Both the position numbers and the translations under genes were made by a program. The notes under the pieces are model-generated. The model was not told where the DNA came from and ran no database searches. It saw nothing but the letters and a program-made list of their open reading frames with translations. Below are positions 1-10,863 of a DNA stretch of 64,000 nucleotides, piece by piece. The DNA is from Methanobacteriota archaeon (lineage in GTDB: Archaea > Thermoplasmatota > Thermoplasmata > SG8-5 > JAGLSY01): NCBI GenBank assembly GCA_020696385.1, contig JAEHCQ010000002.1, positions 1 to 64,000 on the forward strand. The letters run 5' to 3'. Within the stretch, counting starts at the first letter, position 1; each line of letters begins with the position of its first letter.

Positions 1-1
1 T

Positions 2-403
2 CTTGTCAATGGGAGGGTGTTCGCGGTCGAGTTCTCCAGGATACCATTCACCAAGCTACTGGGACTATGTGAGACGAGGAAGAACATCATGCCGATACAG
101 GGTGATGCGAATAATCCAGATGCCTACAGTTTCATGGTGGGCCAGGCGGATATTCTTTATGAGGATGTTTCCCAGAAGAACCAGGTAGAGATATTCATCA
201 AGAACTCCACAATGCTCAAGAAAGGTGGGGTAGGATTTCTGGCCGTCAAGGCAAGGTGCATCGATGTGGCAAGAGATCCAAAGAAGATCTTTTTGGATTG
301 TGCAAAAGAGCTGGAAGAACATGGTTTCGAGATACTGGACAATCGAGATCTCGGACCTTTTGAAAAGGATCATGCGATGATAGTTGTAAAGAAAATTGTT
401 TGA
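2..403 (+). CDS. flpA: Fibrillarin-like rRNA/tRNA 2'-O-methyltransferase (5'-partial, runs off window start)
   Basis: Frame open from base 2; motifs VFAVEFS, NIMPIQGDA, YEDVSQKNQ, KARCID, LGPFEKDH typical of archaeal fibrillarin. Confidence 0.95.
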   Translation, partial: LVNGRVFAVEFSRIPFTKLLGLCETRKNIMPIQGDANNPDAYSFMVGQADILYEDVSQKNQVEIFIKNSTMLKKGGVGFLAVKARCIDVARDPKKIFLDCAKELEEHGFEILDNRDLGPFEKDHAMIVVKKIV

Positions 404-534
404 TATTACGATCATTTTTCATCTGCTATCAATAAAATCAGTTATAATAATAAAGAATCAAATGTACTGAATGTTTTATATATAATAAATATAGTACTTA
501 TATAAAATATATTCAAAACAAACGGGGTGCGAAA

Positions 535-3500
535 ATGAAGACAGATAAGATATCAGCCTTAGTCATTGTGCTAATGATGTGCTTGACACCAGTGGCCGGC
601 ATGACTTTTGATAATAATGTGAATGATAGTATTGTGGATCCAACTATTCCAATGACCATGACCATGATCTATGGATGGATGAACCATAGTGGTAATATTC
701 CAATGCCGAACAGCCAGGTCTATTTTGAGGATGCTCAGGTACCTGGTGGGCAAAGCTATTCGGATATAACTGATGCAAATGGCTACTACAGTGTTAATAT
801 AGATATTACTGGCGGAGGACATTCGTACAGGATGTATGGTATCAACAATACCTGCACTCTTTGGCAATCGGACTACAACTTTCCAGAAGGGGGAAGCTAC
901 CAGATTAACATTGACATGGTGCTGGCTCCAGCCAGGGACTGTTCTATCAGAGGTTATATCACGGATTCAACAAATGGAAATCCAATGGCTAGCATCAATA
1001 TGACGGCCATGTCATGGAATTACATGAACTCCACACAGACCAATGGCACTGGCTACTATGAAATGGGCTTCATTCCACAGGATTATTCAATGGGGCCAGA
1101 AGCTACAGGCTATGAAAGATGGACACAGAACGTCAATCTGCAATCCGGCGACAATGTGTGGAGGAACATCACTCTGGAGCCGATCAATTCCACCATCAAA
1201 GGCCATGTTCTCAGCAGTGGGGGACCACTGGACAATGCCCAGATCAGCATAACCGACCCCTGGGGCGGCGCCTGGAGCGGAATAAGATACGAGGCCTGGA
1301 CCGATGCCACAGGATATTATGAGATCAATCTCACTCAAGGCTCCAAGCCAGTTTCTTTCAGTGCAGATGGGTATCTTTCCATTTCAAGAGCTGTCGAACT
1401 TCAGTTCGACGAGGTTTCTTGGCTCAATGTCACAATGCCTGATGCACCTGCTGATGATTTTATCATATCTGGATACATAACTGATTTTAACACCGGTGAT
1501 CCCATTTCAGGGGTCGTTTACCTCAATAATGCCAATCGCTCATGGTTCAATCAGACCGAGATAAATGCCAGCACTGGCTATTATGAGATTTCTGGACCTT
1601 CAGAGGAGCTTACGCTTACGGCCCAAAGCTACTGGAACCATCATGGTAACTCCACTACAATCAACCCCATGCCCAGCGATGTGCTTACACAGGATATGGA
1701 ATTGACCAATGACACAGACTGGACCACCATATTCGGCAGTGTGGAGTTCGATACCATGCTCATCACCGGAGCCCAGATCATTGTCAATCATGGGGGTGGA
1801 AGATATGAGACCAGTACCGATGGAATGGGAGATTACACTATCAATGTGCCAGCTGGCTACATTGACATCACATGCATGTACAGACCAAATGACGGATCAC
1901 TTGGCTCGGAGATACAGACCGATCAAATGACCACCCAGCCCATTGACAATATCAACATGGATTTCTACCTGGACAGATTGTCAATGGATTCCATACTCAC
2001 CGGAACTGTGGAGGATTCAATGTCCGGATTGCCTGTCGAGAATGGGCTTATCTACGTGGGCAATGCGATGCCCGGAACGAGCAATACCTATGAGACCGGC
2101 GGAATGACCGACTTCAAGGGAGAATACGAGATTCTGGCCCCCAGCGGGCAGTTCACCAGGATGGTCCTGGTAGAGGGTTATGAGATGATCGTGGACACGG
2201 TCGACACCTCCTCGGCAGAATGGAACTGGGAAAACGTAACACTTGACCCGATAACCGACATGATCACGATAATGGGATTCATCAGGGATATGGACACTGG
2301 CCAATCCATAATTGGCCTGGAACCCACAGCATCGGGAAATGACTGGATGGTGTGGGGAAACTCGGAGGCCGGAGGCTATTACGAGATAGAGGTCCCTGTC
2401 GGAGAGGTTCAACTCAGAGTGGAACCTGATTCCTATGGATATTATTCCCCCGAGAGCTTTGGATTCTATGCTCAATCTGGCACGGATATATGGTTCAATA
2501 TCAGTCTACGTTCGAGACCACTGGCCATAGCGGTCTACGGTACAGTCCAGGAAAGCGATTCATCGCCTGTGGTTGGTATTAATGTCACCGCGGAAGTGGG
2601 CTCTCGCGAGTTCACGGCTATCACGGATGCTGGTGGTCAATACTCCTTGCAGGTCCCAATCGGAAGGATAAACATCAGAGCCAGAGATCCAGGATATGGA
2701 GCAAAGGACATATTTTATGACTGGTTCGGTCAGGAATGGGAGAGCCAGCAAGTAAACCTTATAGCGGATACGACCAATGCCACGATCTCCAATGTGATCT
2801 CAGACTGGGCCTATGATGAGGATGATGATGGATTCTTTGACTGGCTATATGTCAATGTCACATTGGATGTCACTGGAACTGGAAGATTCGATCTGCAGGG
2901 CGGCCTGATGCCCACCAAGTACTCGGAAAGCGATGGCGGTATGGGTGGAAGTGGCTTCATCTACACAAATAATGAATCCAGCCTTGATCCTGGCATGAGG
3001 GTCATCCAGCTACAATTCCCCGGAGCGTCCATTAGGGCTTCCGAAATAGACGGTTACTATGTGGACCTGGAGATCAGGGAAGAAAGTCAGAATTGGAACT
3101 CCGTGGACAAGTTCGGTTACACCACGACCAGTAACTACACCTGGGATATGTTCGAGAAGCCAGATATTGAATTAGTGAACACACCATTCGAGTATTTCCC
3201 AGTGGATACGGACTTTGACGGTCTTTACAATCTACTACTTTTCAATGTCACGGTGGATGTGAAAGCACCTGGCAGTTATTCTGTCTTCACCATGCTTCAG
3301 AGCATGGCCCCCAACAGGGATGACAGCGAGCTGGGTATGCAGATGATGACCGAGGATCTGGAGGTCGGAGTACAGACCATCAGCCTGTCATATTCTGGAA
3401 CCAATATCCACAATGGAGAATATCATCTGGGAGCCATGACAGTCATGCTCTTCAATGGCTCCATCGACATGGACAATGGCAAAATGCAGGATTCAGGCAT

Positions 3501-6500
3501 ATGCTATATCCCGATGGATTATCATCGATTCCAGTACTACAGTGTTGATTCCTTTGTCAATGGTACAGTGATGGACACTGGTGGTGCACCACTTTCCGAT
3601 ATCACAGTTGGAATTTACAATATAACTTCCAAGACCTGGAACGAAACCACTACCGACGGATCTGGCTATTACGAATTGGGTGGATGGAATGGAGAATGGT
3701 TGCTCTATATCAATGATGACGACCAGGACATGAGTGTGTACCAGGGCAATATGACAGTTTTACAGATGATGTCCAATAATACCCAGGTCATTGACAGGAA
3801 CCTTGAATATTCTATTCCAGACCAGATAATAAGGACCATCATATTCACAGACTGGGACACCGCGAGGATGGAAGAGACCGTTTACATCGAGAGCGACAAT
3901 GAGACCATAAGATTCGAAATGGACAGGGATCAGTTCGGAAACGGAGATGGATTCATGAGCGAATCAGAAACAAACACGCTTATGTCATTTGTTGGAAGCG
4001 AGGTCCAGTGGGATTCGAACACAAATGGAACCATGCTCGTTGACAATATCAAATACGATATGGACGGTGGCACGAATTCAGTAGACCTGGGAATCGTTGG
4101 CTCCTATACGACAAAAGAGCCAGTGTACATTCATCAGATCGCGAATTTCACTGCAAGCTCCAGCATACCAGGTGCGACCGATCATTACCTCGAACTCAAT
4201 GTCACCTATGACAATGTGGATGTAGGATTATTCACCGATGGAAATGTTTCATTACTATGTTATGTCCAGCTCCCTGGAGTTTGGGGACATGTATCTGCGA
4301 TACAGACCAATGTGTCAATATCTGGAACGAACTATGTCACTATCAACCCCGGAGGGGACCCAAATCTTGGCGACAATGATCAAGCAGAATGGATAAACAT
4401 AACAGCACAGGATGGGCAGCCAGTTACCACAGGTAACCTGGCTGGAAACATCACCCTGGATGGTAATACCCAACACTTTGGGGTGACGGTCACAGTCTAC
4501 AATATCACAACTGATGCCGTGGTGGCAAGCGGTGTCACGGATGCCAATGGCCAATATCAGATCCACGGCATAGATGCCTGGCAATACAATGTCACTGCCA
4601 GTAAGCCGGGATATGTGTCTAACTACACCGAGCCAGTTACTATAATTGCCGGAGGAACCACCTATGTCGATCTCACCCTCCACTCCTATCCGCCAACAAT
4701 ATATCATACACAGGTAGTTTTCAATTTGGAGAATAATACAGCTCCAATACCTATCTTTGTTCAAGTATTGGATGATGGAACTGTCGGAGAGGTGACCATG
4801 TGGATGACAGATGTTCATGGCGTCCAGACAATGACGGTGATGGACCCATTGGATGCGACGAATTTCCAAGCTCCAATACCTCCTCAGACCATGGCTGGAA
4901 GTGTAGAATACTACTTCATGGCCAATGACACTGCAGGCAACTCGGTGGACAATTCAGCCACTCCATACATGATCGATGTGTATGAGCTGATGCCGCCGAC
5001 CCTGAACAATCTGGTGATCACATCTGATCCAACAGAGTACGATAATCCGACCAATATCTCCATCGATGTGGCGGACGACTATTCACCAGCCGTGACTGTC
5101 TGGATCAATGTCACGGCTCCCTCTGCGACCATTCATACAAATGGCTTTGTGGGAACTGGAAATTTCTATGTCGATTCCACATACTTAGAGATCGGTACCT
5201 ACAATTACGAGATATGGACCAATGATTCATTCGGTAATGTGAATTACACATCTGGAACCTTCACTGTGGGGGACACAATCGCACCCGCTATCGTGAACCC
5301 TGTCGCTATACCGACACTCCAGGAAGCTGGAGATTCAGTCGTGGTCGGGGCAGAGATTACAGACCTCTCCGGTATTGAAGGAGCCTGGCTCGAGATAGAG
5401 GACCCAGATGGAGGAATTACCAATGTCTCCATGATACCAGGCACTGGCGATTACTACAATGTCGATGATATGTACAGTATCAGTGGGATCTATAATTACA
5501 CCATATGGGCCAGAGATAACAATAGTCTGACCAATTCTCTATCTGGCAATTTCGAGATAGAGGACACATTATTTGCCAATATATCTTCAACAATTGTCAC
5601 ACCCGCAACACCGGAATTAGGCGAGGCTATCAATTTCACTGCCGAGATAAATGATATATCTGGCATTGGGTGGGTTAACCTACTTCTGGAGAATGGCTCG
5701 GCCGAACTTTGGAATGTCACACTGGACGGGAATAGCACACATTATTGGTACGAATTCATCTTGCTGGAGCAGGGCACCTACCACCTGACAGTGTGGGTGG
5801 AAGATATGGCTAATAATACCAACAAAGCATCTTCGATCTTCGTGGTCGTGGACACCACCGGCCCCACCTACACGGGCGGTATCGCCACTCCTCACACTCA
5901 GGAATTCGGAGAGGATATACGACTTTCCATAGATGTGGAGGACGCATCCGGTATTGGCTCTGTCTGCATCTACATAGATTCCCCGGATGGAACCTCCATC
6001 AATGAGACTGTGGAACAAACCAGGGCCGCCTACACCTACACCATGGAGATAGACGCCATCGGAACCTACGATTACACCTTTTGGATAGAAGATAATTCTG
6101 GGAACATCGCCAGCATGTCCGGGACCTTTGTTGGCCGAGATACTGTTGATCCCACAGCCAATGCCGGGCCATCACAGAATGTCATGGTGAGAAGCGAAGT
6201 GACCCTGGATGCCAGCCTGAGCTCGGATAATAATGAGATAGACAATTATTCCTGGTCATTGAATGACAATGGCCTCATAAGGCGCTATGGAGAAGTTGCC
6301 AAATATACATTCAATACTCCTGGGGACTTTGAGGTTACCTTGACAGTGACCGACCCCAGTGGTAATGAAGACACTTCCACCACCTGGGTCAATGTATCGG
6401 CGATCACTGGCACCGGAACAATAACCGGAGCCATACTTGATTCTGATGGCAATCCGATCGAAGGTGCACGGGTCTATGTGGAGGATTATCCAAACATCGT

Positions 6501-7212
6501 CGATACCACTGATGACTGGGGGGTTTTCCAACTGGAAGATGTTCCAACAGGATCACAGACCATCATTGCTGGAATGGATGGATTCATACGAGAAGTTATG
6601 GATATTACAGTTCTCCAGGATCAGAGTGTTTCTGCTGACATGACCCTCGAATCGTCAACAGATATCCAGCCAGAAGATGATGGCGATGGATCATCGGGAT
6701 TCTTCATTCTGATAATATTACTGGTGGTAGCGGCTCTTGTTGGTTATTTCCTCGCAACAAGGAAGAAGGAAGATACGCCACCTGTACCAGTAGTGGAAGA
6801 GAACAAAACGATCATTGATGAGATATTCTTCATGTACAATGATGGAAGACTTATCAAGCATTTCACAAGACGTCTGAAGCCAGATATGGACGAGGACATT
6901 CTCAGCAGCATGCTTGTCGCGGTCCAGGAGTTCGTAAAGGATTCCTTCGGAGGTGATGAAGGATCATTGGATGAGATGAAGTTTGGCAGGTTCCAGGCTC
7001 TGATGGGCAGAGGCGAATACATCATCATCGCCGCCGTGATAATCGGCGATGAGTCCCAACCCTTCAAGCCACAGATATCGAAATGTATACTGGATATTGA
7101 GGAAAAATACAATGAACAGCTTGCCAAATGGGATGGAGATGTTACAAGCATCAAAGGATCCTTCAAGTACGTGGTAGATCTGATAGACGGACACTATGAG
7201 AACAAGGAATGA
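535..7212 (+). CDS. Giant secreted/surface protein (2225 aa): signal peptide, many carboxypeptidase-regulatory-like/Ig-like repeats, two DxDxDG repeats, PKD domain, one TM helix, ~135-aa cytoplasmic domain
   Basis: N-terminal hydrophobic signal; repeated 'I.G.I.D..TG.PI...TD..G.Y.I' units; 'PTANAGP..VTLDAS.S.DN..I.NYSW...Y.F.TPG.F.VTLTVTD' PKD motif; TM FFILIILLVVAALVGYFLA followed by RKK; many N-x-S/T sequons. Confidence 0.85.
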   Translation: MKTDKISALVIVLMMCLTPVAGMTFDNNVNDSIVDPTIPMTMTMIYGWMNHSGNIPMPNSQVYFEDAQVPGGQSYSDITDANGYYSVNIDITGGGHSYRMYGINNTCTLWQSDYNFPEGGSYQINIDMVLAPARDCSIRGYITDSTNGNPMASINMTAMSWNYMNSTQTNGTGYYEMGFIPQDYSMGPEATGYERWTQNVNLQSGDNVWRNITLEPINSTIKGHVLSSGGPLDNAQISITDPWGGAWSGIRYEAWTDATGYYEINLTQGSKPVSFSADGYLSISRAVELQFDEVSWLNVTMPDAPADDFIISGYITDFNTGDPISGVVYLNNANRSWFNQTEINASTGYYEISGPSEELTLTAQSYWNHHGNSTTINPMPSDVLTQDMELTNDTDWTTIFGSVEFDTMLITGAQIIVNHGGGRYETSTDGMGDYTINVPAGYIDITCMYRPNDGSLGSEIQTDQMTTQPIDNINMDFYLDRLSMDSILTGTVEDSMSGLPVENGLIYVGNAMPGTSNTYETGGMTDFKGEYEILAPSGQFTRMVLVEGYEMIVDTVDTSSAEWNWENVTLDPITDMITIMGFIRDMDTGQSIIGLEPTASGNDWMVWGNSEAGGYYEIEVPVGEVQLRVEPDSYGYYSPESFGFYAQSGTDIWFNISLRSRPLAIAVYGTVQESDSSPVVGINVTAEVGSREFTAITDAGGQYSLQVPIGRINIRARDPGYGAKDIFYDWFGQEWESQQVNLIADTTNATISNVISDWAYDEDDDGFFDWLYVNVTLDVTGTGRFDLQGGLMPTKYSESDGGMGGSGFIYTNNESSLDPGMRVIQLQFPGASIRASEIDGYYVDLEIREESQNWNSVDKFGYTTTSNYTWDMFEKPDIELVNTPFEYFPVDTDFDGLYNLLLFNVTVDVKAPGSYSVFTMLQSMAPNRDDSELGMQMMTEDLEVGVQTISLSYSGTNIHNGEYHLGAMTVMLFNGSIDMDNGKMQDSGICYIPMDYHRFQYYSVDSFVNGTVMDTGGAPLSDITVGIYNITSKTWNETTTDGSGYYELGGWNGEWLLYINDDDQDMSVYQGNMTVLQMMSNNTQVIDRNLEYSIPDQIIRTIIFTDWDTARMEETVYIESDNETIRFEMDRDQFGNGDGFMSESETNTLMSFVGSEVQWDSNTNGTMLVDNIKYDMDGGTNSVDLGIVGSYTTKEPVYIHQIANFTASSSIPGATDHYLELNVTYDNVDVGLFTDGNVSLLCYVQLPGVWGHVSAIQTNVSISGTNYVTINPGGDPNLGDNDQAEWINITAQDGQPVTTGNLAGNITLDGNTQHFGVTVTVYNITTDAVVASGVTDANGQYQIHGIDAWQYNVTASKPGYVSNYTEPVTIIAGGTTYVDLTLHSYPPTIYHTQVVFNLENNTAPIPIFVQVLDDGTVGEVTMWMTDVHGVQTMTVMDPLDATNFQAPIPPQTMAGSVEYYFMANDTAGNSVDNSATPYMIDVYELMPPTLNNLVITSDPTEYDNPTNISIDVADDYSPAVTVWINVTAPSATIHTNGFVGTGNFYVDSTYLEIGTYNYEIWTNDSFGNVNYTSGTFTVGDTIAPAIVNPVAIPTLQEAGDSVVVGAEITDLSGIEGAWLEIEDPDGGITNVSMIPGTGDYYNVDDMYSISGIYNYTIWARDNNSLTNSLSGNFEIEDTLFANISSTIVTPATPELGEAINFTAEINDISGIGWVNLLLENGSAELWNVTLDGNSTHYWYEFILLEQGTYHLTVWVEDMANNTNKASSIFVVVDTTGPTYTGGIATPHTQEFGEDIRLSIDVEDASGIGSVCIYIDSPDGTSINETVEQTRAAYTYTMEIDAIGTYDYTFWIEDNSGNIASMSGTFVGRDTVDPTANAGPSQNVMVRSEVTLDASLSSDNNEIDNYSWSLNDNGLIRRYGEVAKYTFNTPGDFEVTLTVTDPSGNEDTSTTWVNVSAITGTGTITGAILDSDGNPIEGARVYVEDYPNIVDTTDDWGVFQLEDVPTGSQTIIAGMDGFIREVMDITVLQDQSVSADMTLESSTDIQPEDDGDGSSGFFILIILLVVAALVGYFLATRKKEDTPPVPVVEENKTIIDEIFFMYNDGRLIKHFTRRLKPDMDEDILSSMLVAVQEFVKDSFGGDEGSLDEMKFGRFQALMGRGEYIIIAAVIIGDESQPFKPQISKCILDIEEKYNEQLAKWDGDVTSIKGSFKYVVDLIDGHYENKE

Positions 7213-7264
7213 GATCTTGGATACAAAATACTTGAAGATCATTCAATAGTGCCTGCTACAGGAT

Positions 7265-7306
7265 CGCATGTATCGTGCGGCTTTCAGGCATACTCATAGC
7301 CTGAAA
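7265..7306 (+). terminator. Two adjacent hairpins downstream of the giant gene (possible terminator/stability element)
   Basis: cgcatg-tat-cgtgcg (7265-7279) and tttcaggc-N9-gcctgaaa (7282-7306). Confidence 0.35.
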
Positions 7307-7363
7307 AACTCATGATACCTCGATGAAAAGTCATAAATATTAAGGATAGTGTGAGGTAACATA

Positions 7364-8416
7364 ATGGAGTCCATATCGATACTAATGGCAGTCTTCTTTT
7401 CCTTTGGACTGGCTGCCCTTACCACGCCTTGGTTCATCAGGAAGATGGAAGACAAGGGTCTCGTGGTCAGGGATTATTATAAATCCGGGGAGAAGATGAT
7501 ACCTTCCAATGCCGGGATATTGACCCTTTTTATTGTTTTCATCACCATCATAGTATTGCCTCTGGTATTCAGGATATTCTACAGGATTGACTTTGACTTT
7601 CCAAGGCAATTCACGGATCTGGACACGGCCATTCTCATGACCATCCTCCTGTATGCTTTCTACGGAGTTCTGGATGATTATATCGATGTTGGACGATTTT
7701 CAAAGATAATAATCCCATTGATGTTCTCATATCCCCTTGTCATCGCTCTGAGCGGCTGGAGCCCGTGGGTTCCTGGTGTGGGTCACATAGTGCTCTCTGA
7801 TTTTGACATCTCATTCGGATGGTTCGGAATACTCACAGGCGTGATGATATTGAAATACCTCATTGTGCCAGTGTACATAATGGTGGTCGCCAACCTCAAG
7901 AACATGCATGCGGGCTTCAATGGACTTCAATCAGGATGTGCTCTTATCATCCTGTCCTTCCTGCTTCTGAAATCCGCCATGGATGATAATCTTTCTAATA
8001 TGTACACGATAGCGGCCATTGTCGGTGCCCAGGCTGTCTTCTTCTGGTATAATAAATATCCAGCCAAGATAATCGAGGGGAACATTGGATCACTGGCTGT
8101 AGGGTCGGCGATCGGGGCGGCTCTTGTGGTTGAGCATTACCTTTTCGCAGGTATAGTCATGCTCCTACCTCACATCATCAATTTCCTCATGTACTTCTAC
8201 TGGAGGATCATGCAACAAAGACATCCAGAAGATCCAAAGTGGAAGATAGTGAAATGGGGAAAGGTCAGAGAGGATGGCACCCTGGAAGTTCCCAATAGAT
8301 TGACACTGAAATGGGTCCTGCCATATCATTTCAGGATGACTGAGAAACAGGCCACTTACGGCATGTACATGTTGACAACCGTGTTCTGTGTCTTTGGACT
8401 ATTTATTCCTGGCTGA
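7364..8416 (+). CDS. MraY/GPT-family polyprenyl-phosphate GlcNAc-1-phosphate transferase (AglH-like, N-glycosylation)
   Basis: Multi-TM; GVLDD, N.HAGFNGL, YNKYPAKIIEGNIGS motifs of glycosyltransferase family 4. Confidence 0.85.
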   Translation: MESISILMAVFFSFGLAALTTPWFIRKMEDKGLVVRDYYKSGEKMIPSNAGILTLFIVFITIIVLPLVFRIFYRIDFDFPRQFTDLDTAILMTILLYAFYGVLDDYIDVGRFSKIIIPLMFSYPLVIALSGWSPWVPGVGHIVLSDFDISFGWFGILTGVMILKYLIVPVYIMVVANLKNMHAGFNGLQSGCALIILSFLLLKSAMDDNLSNMYTIAAIVGAQAVFFWYNKYPAKIIEGNIGSLAVGSAIGAALVVEHYLFAGIVMLLPHIINFLMYFYWRIMQQRHPEDPKWKIVKWGKVREDGTLEVPNRLTLKWVLPYHFRMTEKQATYGMYMLTTVFCVFGLFIPG

Positions 8417-8523
8417 TACCCTGGCATTTGTCTCTTTTTATCATAACATTTATCATAACACAAAAGAAGACGTTTAATATCAGATTTCTATTACCGTTTT
8501 ATCAGTTTTACGGATTGAGGAAC

Positions 8524-10041
8524 ATGAAGGTAATACTCGCAGGATACAATATCGATGCCACGATAATAGAGAAGGCGAAGGCTGGAGAGATCGTGAAAGA
8601 CCTCCCCCTGACACCGGAGACAGTATCAGTGGCCTATGCCAGAATAAGTCGCGACCCATCACCAGTGACCGAACTACGCCAGAAGTCCATAGATGATGTG
8701 GAAGCCGCGAGAAGATCAGCCCGCATGATCGTTTTTGAAATGAACCATCAATCCGTGGCCGAGCACGCGACCTTTAATTTCGATGTCCTGGACATATCCA
8801 GACTATGTGTGGAATCATTGGAATGGCATCGCCTTTGCTCCTTCACGGAGAAATCCCAAAGATACCAGGAACTCTTCGGGGACTATCATATCCCGAAGGA
8901 GCTGGATGGGGAAGCTGAAGATCTCTTTGTAAAGACGATGGATGCACAGAATGAACTTTATTCCAAGGCTTATGAGATCCTGCTGGATCACTTCAAGAAA
9001 AAATTCCCCGATATGGTGGCGAAGAAGCGCGATCTGCGTGTGATAGAAGGGTATGCGAAGGAGGATGCCAGATATGCTGTTGGCCTTTCCACAAAGGCTC
9101 AGCTTGGCTTCTCAGCAAATGCGCGCAACCTGGAATATCTTATTCGAAAATTGAGGGCGAATCCACTGGCAGAAGTAAGGGAACTTGGTGACGAGTTCTT
9201 CAAGCTGGCAGGCGATGTCGCTCCTTCCCTCATACTGCTCAGTGACCCGGTGGAATATGAGAAAGAATTCGGAAGAAAGCTGAATGAAGATTATTTCATG
9301 AAGACCAGGCCGGATGCCATCCATAACTCGGAAGTGGCTTTCGAGGATATTGGAGAAAATATATCGAAATATCGCCTTGACCTTCCTGAAGAGGGAGAGG
9401 TCAAGCTGGTCGACTGGACAATGGACGCGGACAGGATATTGCTACAGACCATCCTGCACTCACATTCACAGGCCTCCATTGAGGATTGCATCTCATTGGC
9501 TGAGAACCTTATAGATGATGAAAAGGCCGAGGATATGATCCGAGATTACATGGCATATTCAAATCCCTGGGAAGCGGCCACAAGGGAATTCGAGGCCGCG
9601 GATTTCACATTTGAAGTGGTGCTTAGCTCCGCCTGTTACGGGCAGATGAAGAGGCACAGGATGTGCACGCAGCTGGTTCAGGATTATGACCCATCACTTG
9701 GCTACACCTATCCACCATCAGTTATCGAGACTGGATTGGAAGAGGATTTCAAGAAGATATATGATATGACATCTGATGCTTATTATGAGCTGGCCAAGGT
9801 CAATAAGACTGCGGCTCAATACGTTCTTACCAATGGACACAGGCGCAGGATGCTGGTCAAGGCCAATGCCAGAGAATTGTACCATATCTCAAGGCTGAGA
9901 GAGGATGCGCACGCCCAGTGGGATATCCAGAATGTATCTGCTGATATGCTAGCTCTGGCTCGTGAAAAAGCACCCCTCACATTCATGCTGGCATGGGGAA
10001 AGGATGCTTTCACTGCAAAGAAGAATGAGATATTCAAGTGA
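8524..10041 (+). CDS. thyX: FAD-dependent thymidylate synthase, tandem two-domain form
   Basis: HQSVAEHA, WHRLCSFTEKSQRY and EDARY in N-half; KRHR, AQYVL and HAQWDI in C-half; start moved to ATG 8524. Confidence 0.85.
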   Translation: MKVILAGYNIDATIIEKAKAGEIVKDLPLTPETVSVAYARISRDPSPVTELRQKSIDDVEAARRSARMIVFEMNHQSVAEHATFNFDVLDISRLCVESLEWHRLCSFTEKSQRYQELFGDYHIPKELDGEAEDLFVKTMDAQNELYSKAYEILLDHFKKKFPDMVAKKRDLRVIEGYAKEDARYAVGLSTKAQLGFSANARNLEYLIRKLRANPLAEVRELGDEFFKLAGDVAPSLILLSDPVEYEKEFGRKLNEDYFMKTRPDAIHNSEVAFEDIGENISKYRLDLPEEGEVKLVDWTMDADRILLQTILHSHSQASIEDCISLAENLIDDEKAEDMIRDYMAYSNPWEAATREFEAADFTFEVVLSSACYGQMKRHRMCTQLVQDYDPSLGYTYPPSVIETGLEEDFKKIYDMTSDAYYELAKVNKTAAQYVLTNGHRRRMLVKANARELYHISRLREDAHAQWDIQNVSADMLALAREKAPLTFMLAWGKDAFTAKKNEIFK

Positions 10042-10089
10042 TTGCTGGGAATGAAATAATTTGATTAGATCTCAGTTGAAAATCTATCA

Positions 10090-10809
10090 TCACCCAACAT
10101 CGTAAGAGAATGAGACACTGGCAGAATTATTATCCTGCCCATCATCATTTACAGGATATGTTGGCTTCCAATCCCTAACCTCTGAAAGCCTTATCACGCG
10201 CGGCTGGGTGTCCTGAAGAAGCTGCACCATTCCAGTTATGTGGCCATCTCCAACAAAGGCCATGACATGCCCGAACTTTTGATCGAGAGAACGAACGGCA
10301 TTCGCCATGTATTGATTTCTTTTGTCTATAAGAGCGACCTTGATGCTGGGGAAGGCCTTACCGAACTCGTTCATGTATTCCTCCTCTTTCTCATGGAATT
10401 TCTTCAGTTCCTTCTCCACCCTCTTCTTTCTAATGAACAAAGTGGATACGCCAGCAATTGATATTTTGACCTGTTCGCCAAAAGTGATGTTCTTCTTTAT
10501 CTCGTCCCTTGTTTTCATGATGTCCATGTCCACCAGGGCGTATTTCGCGTTTATCTCCAGCGCGGCATCCACGGCAGCCAACATCTCGCTGCCGGCCTCG
10601 GTCCCGAACTCGCAAGCTATCCTATCCTGGAATTTTGAAAGAAGTTTGTAAAGGAGGGGAGATTTTCCTCCCCTGGCTCCCTGCCTCAGCATGCCATACC
10701 GCATCTTGTCCAGTTCCACAGCCACAACTGCCGGGGTCTCTTCCAGTATCATGCCCCGGATCTGGGACTTGATATCAAAGACATGGCCAACGCCTACCAG
10801 GATTATCAT
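10090..10809 (-). CDS. TraB/GumN (TIKI) family protein
   Basis: LVGVGHV, VAVELD..R, GSEM..A, LIDKRNQYMA, VGDGH motifs. Confidence 0.85.
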   Translation of the reverse strand: MIILVGVGHVFDIKSQIRGMILEETPAVVAVELDKMRYGMLRQGARGGKSPLLYKLLSKFQDRIACEFGTEAGSEMLAAVDAALEINAKYALVDMDIMKTRDEIKKNITFGEQVKISIAGVSTLFIRKKRVEKELKKFHEKEEEYMNEFGKAFPSIKVALIDKRNQYMANAVRSLDQKFGHVMAFVGDGHITGMVQLLQDTQPRVIRLSEVRDWKPTYPVNDDGQDNNSASVSFSYDVG

Positions 10810-10863
10810 TGAACTTTGACAGTGAAATAAGGTATATATATTCTGTGTAGCTATGCGCCCTCA

